Origin: Adineta vaga
Lineage: Eukaryota; Animalia; Rotifera
Length of the DNA stretch: 64,000 bases
Assembly (NCBI GenBank): GCA_021613535.1
Contig: CP075492.1
Coordinates: 14,322,001 to 14,386,000 of the forward strand
Direction of reading: 5' to 3'
Below, in pieces: positions 51,114 to 62,945 of this stretch. Every line of letters starts with the position of its first letter. Position 1 is the first letter of the stretch. The notes beneath the pieces were generated by a model that was not told the origin of the DNA, did not search any database, and saw nothing but the letters and a program-made list of their open reading frames with translations. The position numbers were made by a program, and so were the translations under genes.

Positions 51114-53928
51114 ATGGTTCAAAATCAAATCGTCCAGCCTGTCAAAGATATCGAACGAAAAGCCATCGATTCATTCGGTATTCTTGGTTCTTTCTATGAT
51201 GGACGTCGCGATCAAATAGTGAAACAACATCGAATTAATTCTCAATTGCAATCATCTAAAATCTTATCATCATCACCTTTTTGTACAATTGAAAAAGGTT
51301 CGATCGATGGTCATATCAATCTTCTTCGATTGATTGGTATTCAAAATGAATTGAGGCTAAATCTATTACTGGATATAACAAAACGCGTTGGAATAGCAGC
51401 TGTATTAAATTATTCACGTCGAATTAATGATCATACTCGTTTTTTCTATTATTCAAAAATAACTCGACAAGAAGGAGGACAACTATCAGAGGAATCTTCT
51501 GATTTACATACCGATGCTACTCATATTATTTCTACAATTGATTTTGGTATTGATTTCATTGCTGTTTTACAATTACCAACTGAAATTCACATTTCTCAAA
51601 AAATTGATAATGTCTTACAAAAAATGCGTCATGCATTATTAAATGATAAAGATAATACTTTTCTATTGACTGTAGAAGATGAACATATTCTTGAAAAATT
51701 AGTTCATATGACGACCTATTCTAACATATCATCTTTGATGGCGATATCGAATCTTTCTGATCTACATATCATCTTGCTCGTATGAAAACAACAATGAATC
51801 ATTGTCATCCATTAACGTATTATCTTCAATATCAATCCAGTCATATTACATTTCCGATAATGTCGAGTGAACTTAGTGAACAAATCGAACGATATGTCTT
51901 ACAATTTCGAACACCAATTAAATATTTAGAAGCATCACTTAATCAACATATGCCGGAATATTTATATGGACATCTTCAAGATCGAATTTATCATGCTCGT
52001 CAACAATGTTCAGTACTTAAAGATGATTATATTAAAACTACAAAACGATTGACAAATCTCCTCTTGACAACAAATGGTAATCAACTTGATACTTCGACTA
52101 TTTTTAAAGAATTCAATCTTGATGAACAAAATAATGCATTAGACACTAGTATTGATCAATTAATGAAAGAAATTTCCGATCTTGAAAATGCCGTACAATT
52201 GGATACTAATCTTGAATTGATATCCGAACAAGATATCGATGAAAATGAAACATTAACAGAAACAGATTCGATGAGTGAAGTGGATATTCATTCGACGAAC
52301 TTACTTACAACAGATTCTGCTGTTGATGTCTCCAGTTCATCATCATCATCATCACCATCGTCACCATCTCCACTGTTGAATAAACCACCCGTACCAAGAT
52401 CTAATGAAGTCTACAATGTTCTTCTTCTTGGTGAAAGTGGAGTTGGAAAATCTCTATTTATCAATGCATTCGTCAACTATCTCACATACGATCGATTAGA
52501 TCAAGCTCAATCGAATAGAACTACTGTTCTTATTCCTGTTTCTTTTACTATGACTGTTGGTGATGATTTCAAAGAACAAACTGTTCAACTAGGTAATTCT
52601 CCGGATGATATAAATAATGAAGATTTTAGTCATCCTGGTCAATGTGTCACACAACATTGTAAATCTTATGTATTCCATCTTGATGATGGTAGCAAATTAT
52701 GTCTTATTGATACACCTGGTTTTGGTGATACGCGAGGTATTGATCAAGATAATTTAAATTTAGAACATATTTTTCGATATATTAATCATTTAACACATAT
52801 CAATGCTATTTGTTTTCTTCTAAAACCAAATCTATCTCGATTGAATATCTTTTTTCGTTCATGTTTTACTCAATTATTTGATTTTCTTGGTACGGATATT
52901 TCTCAAAAATTAATCTTTTGTTTTACAAATGCTCGATCAACATCCTATGCGCCTGGTGTACTGCTCCATTATTAAAATCCATGCTTGAATCTCTTTCATT
53001 CAAAGAGATTTCATTTAAAAAAGAGAATACATTCTGTTTTGATAGTAAATCATTTCGTTATTTAGTTGCACGAAATCAAGGAATATCATTCAATACAAAT
53101 GATATATCCGATTATGAACATAGCTGGTCAACATCAATGAAAGAATCTCAGCGATTAATTGATTATATTCGTCAAAAATTGAGTCCATATTCATTACAAA
53201 ATGGACGGATATCAATAAAACATGCACAATTTCAAATAGGTCATTTAATCCGTCCACTTTTAGAAACAATAAGAAATACTCTTCGAAATATTACATTATG
53301 GAATATTGAATCTCCAAATCAGTCAATTGAATTACGTTCAATTGTAATTCATCGTCCAATTTTCCTCTGTCTTTCATGTTTTCCGAAGATCATTAAAATT
53401 GGAAATTTTGGAATTATTGCTGATGTTCCACATGATATTCGAAATACGTGTCGTACGTGTCAATGTCCATCCAATAAACATATTCAAATTGAATATATAC
53501 TCGATTATAAACTTTTAAATCGTCCGTCAACAAAACAAATTAGTGAATTAAAAGATCAACTAACTATTCTTCGTGATGCTTGCATTGAATTCGCTTATTT
53601 TCTTATCCATGTTGCATGTTGTACAAAACAAAATGAACTTCTAATTCAATTAAATCGAATGATCGAACAAGAAACGTATATTTGTCGTCGATTAGAAACC
53701 AATTATCTCAATGTACAATTAGTTAAAGAATTAAATCAATGGAAACAACGATATGAAGAACGAACAAGTAATATTATATCCAGAGATGAACATGGAAATT
53801 TACTTGTCATATATAAATGGATTGAACGAATGCGAGCACTACCAATGATGAATGAACAATTGAATGCAATTGATAAAAGTCAAGAAATTCTTATGAAACA
53901 ACATGAAATACAACCAATACAAATCTAA
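51114..53928 (+). pseudogene. Stonustoxin/verrucotoxin-like N-terminal domain plus septin/AIG1-like P-loop GTPase; two frameshifts (~51770, ~52958)
   Basis: GILGSFYDGRRD and ATHIISTIDFGIDFIAVL; GESGVGKS (G1), LIDTPGFGDTRG (G3), FCFTNAR; overlapping ORFs with no intron signals at the junctions. Confidence 0.7.
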
Positions 53929-54128
53929 TATACATCTCATATTTCCAAAGAAACACAATATTTGTTATTTTGAACACATTTTATTAATAAAAAAATAAAT
54001 TATATCTTTTCTTACTAGATAAATTTACATCTAAGTCATTATGACAGATAACAAAATATTTGTTATCTAAGAGTAACCTTGAGTGTCATGATTTCATTCG
54101 CTTTTTTCTTTATAGTTATACTAGCAAT

Positions 54129-54945
54129 ATGTTGTTTATTAAAAATGTATTCCTAGTTTTGTATTTTATTTCAAACGTTTCAATTGGAAATTGTCTTCAA
54201 TGCGCTAATTGTGACGATATTCTTCTGTCGTTTAATCAAGCGAGTGAATTACCGACAAAATGTGAAGGAAAAATAATTGAAGGTACGATGTGCAAAGCGA
54301 TATTTCATATTGATTATTTAACGAAAGATATTCGTTTACAATTAATCAAGGGAGATGATTCCAATCGTACTTCTGAAATTAGTCTTATCGTTGAAGATAA
54401 ATTTGCTGAACCAAAAAGTCGCTTGTAATATTACTTACAATTGTAAAGATTCAAACGATTGTGCAAAAGTATTCTATCAAAAAAATATACAAATATTAAT
54501 TGAGAAAGAATCAGTATTGAATCAAATACGAAATGAATTATATGATCCAATGATAAACAATATTCAACAATGTGTGGATCATAATGATCAATCTATGGCA
54601 TGTGTAAATGCTTATGGATGTCATGGATATGAAATTATTGAAAATAACAAATCTCAATATCACGGTGAATGTAGAAATGCAAGTTCAATGACAGCACGTC
54701 AATACCTTTATTCTGAAATTACACTTGTTCAAGGTTATCCAACGTCTGCATCCGATTGGAATCATCTTGGTTATACATGTAATAAACGAAATTTATGTAA
54801 TACAAATGAACAAATAAAACAAATGGTAAAAATTGCAAATAATTTTTATCCCTGGGAATTTATTGGAGTTAATTCTAGTGTTAATCTGACTATTTCAAAT
54901 TACTATATTGTTCTTCTTCTTTTCTTATTTTATTTTACATATTGA
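54129..54945 (+). pseudogene. Cys-rich secreted, probably GPI-anchored Ly6/uPAR-like protein with one frameshift (~54410)
   Basis: Signal peptide followed by LQCANC; YNCKDSNDC and YTCNKRNLCN; hydrophobic C-terminal tail; two overlapping ORFs. Confidence 0.6.
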
Positions 54946-55092
54946 TGAAATAAATATTCACTTTCTTTCTTCTATGATATGAGATAAAATCAGCCATGTG
55001 TGACGTTGTATTATTCTCGTTATTTATCCTTCGAAATATAAGAAGAAAAATACATTTACAAACGATAACTTGAATATTAGTAGATATAAATC

Positions 55093-55380
55093 ATGTCAAT
55101 GCATAAAGAATGGCCAGAACTAGTTGGACGAACATTTCAGCAAGCATCACAAGTGATACTTGCATTTGATAGTAGTACGTAAAATGAATATGTCCTCGTG
55201 GATGAATATGATATTTGTTTTTCTTGTTACATAGCTCTTCGTCCTTATAATGCAAGAGGTGGTGTAGAAAATTATATGTATGATCCAAAACGTGTCTCAT
55301 GTGTTACAGATCAAAATGACATTGTAGTTCAACCACCATCTTACACGTATCCTAACAGTCCATATTATCCTACTGCTTAA
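55093..55380 (+). CDS. Potato inhibitor I family (eglin/CI-2-like) protease inhibitor; 2 exons (intron 55175-55234)
   Basis: KEWPELVG signature; spliced product continues ...NYMYDPKRVSCVTDQNDIVVQPP. Confidence 0.85.
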
Positions 55381-55438
55381 CTTTTTTAATAATATTTTAA
55401 AAAAGAAAATCATAGAATAAAAAATTTATATATCCTGT

Positions 55439-56281
55439 TTATGATGTTTGTTTGATAAATTCAGGAATTAATTCAGCAGCTACGTCATTACCAGGTTCTG
55501 TTAATGATAGATGATGAACACCACGTTCCACAATCAAAAATTTCCATAAGTTAGGTACCTTCGATGTCCATATTTTTGCTTCTTCAGCTGAAATGATATG
55601 ATCTTCTGATCCATGAAGAACTAATGTTGGCATTGTCAGTTTCTCCAATTGATCATCAATTGCATCACGATCTAGAAGACATGTCATTGCTGGATCGTAT
55701 CCTTCAGCACCAGCATATCGTTCAATCCACATTTCTTTGATCTTTTCGAATACTTTTTCATTGACACGTGTAGCTCCACCAAAAGATCCTGCTCTTGCCA
55801 TAATTACTTCATCACTTGGTATCTTCGTTTCACACCATTTATCACGAATTTTGCCTGCATTGATTCTCACCTGTTCTGGTGTCGAATAAACGGAGGTTCC
55901 TAACAATATCAGTCCTTTCACTCGACGAGGTTCAAGTAGAGCCATTCGAAGTGCAATGAAACCACCTTGAGTTGTTCCCATGGCATAAAACTGATCAATA
56001 CCAAGTTGAGTGAGAAGTTGTAATGAATCCGAGGCAGTATCCCAAAAAGTAAATTTGTCATTACGACCCTTGGTTTGTCCATGACCATGTGCATCGATGG
56101 AAATGAGATTATAGTTGGAATATCGAACATCTTTCATTTGTTGATTATAGAATCGTGAATCCATGAGGAATGCATGATGCATAACAATAGTTGTTAATGA
56201 TTTGTCAATAGGATGAGAAAGACGATAAGCAATGGTAACGCCATTATCCAATGTCTTATGAAGTAATTCTTTGTACGACAT
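55439..56281 (-). CDS. Alpha/beta hydrolase, copy 1, intronless
   Basis: IDAHGHGQT; nucleophile elbow GTTQGG; PTLVLHGSED (Asp); GVHH (His). Confidence 0.9.
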   Translation of the reverse strand: MSYKELLHKTLDNGVTIAYRLSHPIDKSLTTIVMHHAFLMDSRFYNQQMKDVRYSNYNLISIDAHGHGQTKGRNDKFTFWDTASDSLQLLTQLGIDQFYAMGTTQGGFIALRMALLEPRRVKGLILLGTSVYSTPEQVRINAGKIRDKWCETKIPSDEVIMARAGSFGGATRVNEKVFEKIKEMWIERYAGAEGYDPAMTCLLDRDAIDDQLEKLTMPTLVLHGSEDHIISAEEAKIWTSKVPNLWKFLIVERGVHHLSLTEPGNDVAAELIPEFIKQTS

Positions 56282-56553
56282 AGTAACTGCTAACGAATAG
56301 AAAGAAAATATTAATATGAGAGGACGTTTTATTTGTATTTTACTTTATGAATAGGTAAAAGAAGAAAAGAAAAGAGTAGCATAAATAAAAAAATCGACAT
56401 GAATAAATGTCTGAACACACGTGGATGATGTTTTTCTCCTTATTCAAAGAAAAAAACAAGTCGATACATATCAAGAAAGAAAAGAATCAATCGCGGGGGG
56501 GGGAGATATACACAAAGTAAAGTCTTTTTGTGAATAAGTCAAGGAGTAAATAA

Positions 56554-59213
56554 CTAGTTTTTACAAATGTTCACAAAAACCGACAATTCATTAGTGTCAC
56601 GGTTTGTAATTACTAGATCTGATCTTCTGTCATTATTCAAATCTCCTGTTGTAATAAAAAACGGTTTCGACTTAATTGGATATCGTAATGAAGACTGAAA
56701 TAATCCGTCTCCATAACCAATCATAACGTGAACATTGCTATCATCTGTATGAATCGCTGCTAAATCATGTTCGTTATCATTATTTAAATCACTAGATATC
56801 AGACCGATAGGTGCGCGACCGACTTGATAGTCCATAGGTATTTGGAACGTTCCGTTACCGTAATTAAGTAATATTTGAATAACATCATCTGTGTTACTGA
56901 GCAGCGCCAGATCAAATTTACCATCATTATTAAAATCCTTTGATAGTACCATATATGGATCGTAGCTTATTCTATGGCGTGTTGCAGTTTGAAACAACCC
57001 ATTGCCATTGCCTATTAATACACTAATGGATTTTCCTTCATAGTTAGTAACTACCAAATCCAACTTATTGTCATTGTTGAGATCACAAGATATTATACCT
57101 GTAGGCCTAGAACCAACATTATAGTGGATTGGCGCTTGAAATGTTCCATAACTATTACCGAGTAGTACGCTGATAGTATTGCTACCTGTGTTCGTAACTG
57201 CCAGATCGAGTTTGCTATCATTATTGAAATCATGAGATGTCACAAAGTTCGGATTACGACCAACTTTATAATTCATGGGAGCCTGAAATATTCCATTACT
57301 AAGTCCAATTAGAACAGTAAAGGTGTTTTCAGGGTCATTGATAATTGCTAGATCCATATTCTTATCATTATTGAAATCACCTGTTATCAAGGATCGTGGT
57401 CTAGCATTGAGGTAATAATCTACTGAATTTTGAAAAAGTCCATCACCATTTCCAAACAGTACACTGATAGAATTATTACCACGATTTAGAACTATGAGAT
57501 CTAACGTGCCATCATAATTGAAATCATTTGATACTAAAGATCTTGGTTGCTCACGAACTTGATATACGACAGGGTTCTGAAAGAAACCATTACCCATACC
57601 AAGCAACACACTCACTGTATTATTATCATAATTTGTTACTGCTAGATCTAATTTATTATCATCATTAAAATCAGCTAATACTACTGCATAAGAACCCATA
57701 CCAGTCGTATAATTCACTAGAATCTCGAAAGTTCCATCTCCATTTCCGAGTAGGACTGTAGCAGTGCTCGTTGCTCGACAAGTAACAACTAAATCTAGTT
57801 TTTTTTATCATTATTTAAATCACCGGTTATCATAGAGATTATTTCATTACCAAAATGAGAACTCATTTTAACTGAGAACATTCCATCCCCATTACCAAGC
57901 AGTACGCTAAAGGTATCGTCATCTTGAGTAGCAATTATCGAGTCTAGTTTTTTGTCATTATCAAAGTCACCCGATGCTGCTGATGTTGGATCTTTTCCTG
58001 TTACATAGGAGACTGACTCTTGAAAAGGATTATCGCATACAGATCCTAAAACAAAGTATAATATGTATTTCACCCAAATCTATGGATTATTCTATGACAG
58101 ATAGATCTGATGATAGAATATGAAGATCAGTGAAAATGTTCTTAATAAAATATTTAAAAGCATACTTATTAAAGTGCGATTCGACTTGGTTGCTAAAACA
58201 GATCCGACGATAGCACCAGCTACAATCAAAGTAATAATCAAACTGAAAGGAATAACAAATCTATTCCTGCGATACCAAGAACGCCTTGTCATAAAAGAAA
58301 GAGAAAAGTTCATTAAGATAATACTTTGAAAAAAAGTAGACTCACTTAATATCTGGATAAATCTGTGCACCTAAGTTTGAAAAATTTTAGATACAAAAAA
58401 TACGTGACAATTTTTGATATACCTTCAAATGGAGGTTGTAGTAGTACTTCTTCTGGTATTACTTGTTTCAAATGAATTACGTGAAGATTTGGCGCTGGAC
58501 TGAATTGTGATTGAACTATCATATGAGTACCAGGTAATAGAAGAGTTTCATCTTCAGTTATGAAATGTGAATGAGCACGTATTGTTCGACCATTGATTGC
58601 TTCCACGGAGAATAATGTGCGATCACCACTACTACCCAAGTACATATTATTTTTAAGTACAGTCAATTCAGAAGTGCACGATGAAAATGCCCACCATGCC
58701 GCTTGACTACCAGGTGGAAAATCGTCACTAAGATTTTTAGTTACTCCTCGCCAGACAGTCAATGATGGAACACATGGTAGTTTGATGAGAGCAGTCAACA
58801 ATTATTTTAAATACTTGAAATATGGTATGAGATTATCACGGTTACCTTGTTTGAGATTGAAATTAAGCATTGAGTAGAGACTTCGATATCCTTCATTCCA
58901 TTCCATGGTGTATAAACTCGGCACTCTCATCAGTAGTCAGTCCATCGAATGGCTTTTCTGGAGTCTCAAACAATGCTTGTTGTACATAAGATGACAAATT
59001 GTCAAGAATATCATTTAATGGAGTACATGCTTCAGAAAGTGTTAAAAGGGGTTCATCAGTATATCCCAGAATAGGATTAGATTTAATTTTGATATCATCA
59101 ATATTGTTTGTCAATGGTAACTGTTCGGTTTCAGTGAAAGTTTCAATGAGTCGAGAATTTATTTTCATAGAATTATTTCGAATATTCTTGCAATCCCTCA
59201 CTTCTGCGATCAT
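56554..59213 (-). pseudogene. Type II receptor-like protein: ADP-ribosyltransferase (R-S-E type), TM helix, FG-GAP/VCBS repeats; disrupted
   Basis: TVWRG / WAFSSCT / EDETLL; TM FVIPFSLIITLIVAGAIVGSVLA; many DFNNDxKLDL repeats; frameshift ~58920, nonsense codon ~58802 (KYLK*LLTAL), homopolymer frameshift ~57800. Confidence 0.8.
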
Positions 59214-59671
59214 TTTCTGTTGATTTTAACTGTTCTGCAAAAAAGTGCTTTTTAGTACTTACATATGGATCGGTATATTAGAATGAGAATATGCAAAATC
59301 AAGGAATATTTTATCGGAAAGAAAAAAAAAAGTGTTTTAGTTATATTTATAAACTGGATGTATTTTCTGTAAAATGATAATGAGTAAGAATGCAGTTGTA
59401 ATTAGTAATACAGATGGCTTCAATCTACGATATACGCAAAAAAAGAGAGAAAATTTATCTCAATAATAACTAACGAGTCAGATGGCATTTTTTGCGACTT
59501 TATTAAAAAAAATAGAAAAGACATGATATTTTTCAAGGGTGAGGATATGTTTAAAAAATGATAAACACTGAATATAACTCAGAAAAAAGATCTAATATAA
59601 TTAAATAATAATTTGTTGTTTTTCAATGACAAATTTTCCTTCGATTAAATACATATAGTAGTCATTCTGCT

Positions 59672-60481
59672 CTAATGAACATATTTATTGGATAGATACT
59701 CTTCCCATGTATTTGAAGATGATACAATATTCTCACAAGTACTATAACCAGCTGCAACTGCATTCATAATTCCACCGAATGTCGGTATATTGATTATCCA
59801 TTTACTTTCATGTCGTGCTTCTAATAATGAACTAGCAATTTCTCCCATATTATATATTTTTTTACCACCTATATCATATGTATCATTCAATGGTGATGTT
59901 TTCATAATTTTACTTAATTCCATTGCCACAGCTTCGACTTGAATCGGTTGGATTTTTAATGCTTTTGGAACTAAACATATTGGAAATCTCAATAGTTTAT
60001 TTGTTAAATCTTCTGCAAATTCATGAAACTGAGTCGCTCTTAATATCGTATATGGAACACCACTTTCTTTAACCAAACGCTCACATTCTAATTTTCCTTC
60101 ATAATATGCCAATGGAATTCGATCAATTCCCACAATTGAAATATAAATAAAATGTTTAATATTTTTGTTTTGAATCGTTTTCAATAAATTTCTCGTCAAA
60201 ACTATATCAGCAGCTTGCCCATTAATCGTTTCGTTAGGTGAACTTGCCAAATGTAATATTATATCGATATTATCAAATGTTATCTTATCCAATTCTTCTT
60301 CCTTAGTTAAATCCATATAAATCCATTCTATATTTGTATCAAGATCAGTTCTTTCGTTACTATAGTTTTTCGTTTTTTTATGTCGACTACCAACCACAAA
60401 ATTTATGTGTTCAGCAAGAAATAATTTCGAGACTGCCCTTCCCAAAACACCATTTCCACCAGTAACAAGTATTTTGGACAT
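59672..60481 (-). CDS. Atypical SDR / NmrA-like NAD(P)-binding oxidoreductase, bacterial-like, intronless
   Basis: ILVTGGNGVLG; YISIVGIDRIP..YYEGK; TILRATQFHEF. Confidence 0.88.
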   Translation of the reverse strand: MSKILVTGGNGVLGRAVSKLFLAEHINFVVGSRHKKTKNYSNERTDLDTNIEWIYMDLTKEEELDKITFDNIDIILHLASSPNETINGQAADIVLTRNLLKTIQNKNIKHFIYISIVGIDRIPLAYYEGKLECERLVKESGVPYTILRATQFHEFAEDLTNKLLRFPICLVPKALKIQPIQVEAVAMELSKIMKTSPLNDTYDIGGKKIYNMGEIASSLLEARHESKWIINIPTFGGIMNAVAAGYSTCENIVSSSNTWEEYLSNKYVH

Positions 60482-60839
60482 TGCTTGTAATTTGTGAAAC
60501 TATAATATCTAAAAAGTAAATCATATTTTGTTATTTATGCTATTCACGAAAACATGTTTTATGAGAACAGTACGCATAGAACAAAAACCAATCATTTAAA
60601 TAGTGCACAGAAAAGTATGACGCATATATGACACGCACGTGAAATATAATAGAGAACCAGTAAGATGCAAGCGAACCGTACATAAAGTACGATCAAGCAC
60701 AGAGTATAACAATCTCATATGAACGGAATATTCACAATATAGAATATCTGTATTATAAAAAGAGCAATCTAGATCATTTTATTTCTTTAAAAATAAGTAT
60801 GTGAAAAATGATAATCATTCATGAATGGTTATATTCTGT

Positions 60840-61682
60840 TTATGATGTTTGTTTGATAAATTCAGGAATTAATTCGGCAGCTACGTCATTACCAGGTTCT
60901 GTTAATGATAGATGATGAACACCACGTTCCACGATTAAGAATTTCCATAAGTTAGGTAATTTCGACGTCCACACTTTTGCTTCTTCAGCTGGAAACATTC
61001 GATCTTCCGATCCATGCAGAACTAATGTTGGCATTGTCAGTTTCTCCAATTGATCATCAATTGCATCACGATCTAGAAGACAATTCAATGCTGGATCATA
61101 TCCTTCAGCACCAGCATATCGTTCAATCCACATTTCTTTGATCTTTTCGAATACTTTTTCATTGACACGTGTAGCTCCACCAAAAGATCCTGCTCTTGCC
61201 ATAATTGCTTCATCACTTGGAATCTTCGTTTCACACCATTTGTCACGAGATTTGCCTGCATTGATTCTCACTTGTGCTGGTGTCAAGTAGACTGTAGTTC
61301 CTAACAATATCAATCCTTTCGCTCGACGAGGTTCAAGTAGAGCCATTCGAAGTGCAATGAAACCACCTTGAGTTGTTCCCATGGCATAAAACTGATCAAT
61401 ACCAAGTTGAGTGAGAAGTTGTAATGAATCCGAGGCAGTATCCCAAAAAGTAAATTTGTCATTACGACCCTTGGTTTGTCCATGACCATGTGCATCAATG
61501 GAAATGAGATTATAGTTGGAATATCGAACATCTTTCATTTGTTGATTATAGAATCGTGAATCCATGAGGAATGCATGATGCATAACAATAGTTGTTAATG
61601 ATTTGTCAATTGGATGAGAAAGACGATAAGCAATGGTAACGCCATTATCCAATGTCTTATGAAGTAATTCTTTGTATGACAT
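60840..61682 (-). CDS. Alpha/beta hydrolase, copy 2 (paralog of 55439-56281)
   Basis: Same length and motifs; 14 amino acid differences by my count. Confidence 0.9.
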   Translation of the reverse strand: MSYKELLHKTLDNGVTIAYRLSHPIDKSLTTIVMHHAFLMDSRFYNQQMKDVRYSNYNLISIDAHGHGQTKGRNDKFTFWDTASDSLQLLTQLGIDQFYAMGTTQGGFIALRMALLEPRRAKGLILLGTTVYLTPAQVRINAGKSRDKWCETKIPSDEAIMARAGSFGGATRVNEKVFEKIKEMWIERYAGAEGYDPALNCLLDRDAIDDQLEKLTMPTLVLHGSEDRMFPAEEAKVWTSKLPNLWKFLIVERGVHHLSLTEPGNDVAAELIPEFIKQTS

Positions 61683-62945
61683 GATAGATTGAATGTAATA
61701 AAGAGAGAATGTAAATATAAGAAGACGTTTGGGGATGTGAAAAGATTAGAATAAAATGAATGCCTATAGTTCGTGTTTTACTTTATAAATGGGTGAAAGA
61801 CGGCATATCTCTGATAAGACTATGCGAAAGGAGAACAGAGAAGAACAGCGCAAAAAAAAAGAAATCGATATGAAGAAATGTCTAAATATACACGTGGATG
61901 ATGTTTTTTTCTTCTTGCAGAAAGAGAAAGAAGTCGCTACATATACTGCGTAGAACGATACATAATAAGATTCTATCAATATTACGAGAAAACTACTGAA
62001 CTAGTTATCTTTCAGATATTGTATATGTATTGATATTAAGGAACAGATTAATTTATTATATCGATATCGAGTAAAATTTGGTGATTGTTGATGCAGGAAA
62101 GAGAAAATACGATTATTCTGTGGTAATATGTTTGGTTTAACTGAAGATGAAGATTAAAATAGAAGGGTCAATATCGATATAATTTTGCATTTCTGAATAT
62201 TGATCTCTCGTTATATTTGTTCGTCTAAACCAGCAACAACATAGCGAGAACTTACTGTGACACTTTTAGATGAATAGAAGCTTTCGCGTTGATGGAGCTA
62301 CGCTTTCTTTTATTTGTTTATATTATATATTGCATCGTGTTGATGGAAAATACTTGCTTATATATTCGCCAAATCGGAGAGAATAACCAAGAGAAAATAA
62401 GTTGAGGACAATACATAATAAAGAAGGAAATATCGACTAAATATTCTACTTTTTAGTCAGCGTACAGATACCCGATTGATTCAATATATCTGCAGAGAAA
62501 AAGTCAAGAAAAATGGGTACTGATGAATTTTTGAACACATGGACTGTGAGCATTAGATGGATACCTGATATCGTCACATTCACATACATCTATATGACGC
62601 AATCGATAAGAGATTCAGTTATTCAATCAATTTGACGTCATCAAATTTTGTGCATTATTATTTATCTCTATACATCCTTTTCCTCTTTCACATTATATTA
62701 TAACATGTGTTGCTTATTTGACAATTGGATATTTTATCATGTCGTTTTTCCCTTTTTTTTAGTCTCTAAATCTATATAAATATATCGGGAAATCAAATAC
62801 AATAAAAGCGAAAGAAAGATTCTTAAATTGTAGTTTCATAGAATTCATATTGTAACAGGTGAATCTACTGTAAGCTGTCAAGGAGAATAGAACGTTTAAT
62901 GAATCTAGTATTTTTATTTGTTTTATTATATTCTAGTTTTAATCA

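Noticed and set aside
51760-54430. Programmed ribosomal frameshifting at the ORF overlaps
   Set aside because: No consistent slippery heptamer or stimulatory structure; neighbouring genes show plain decay
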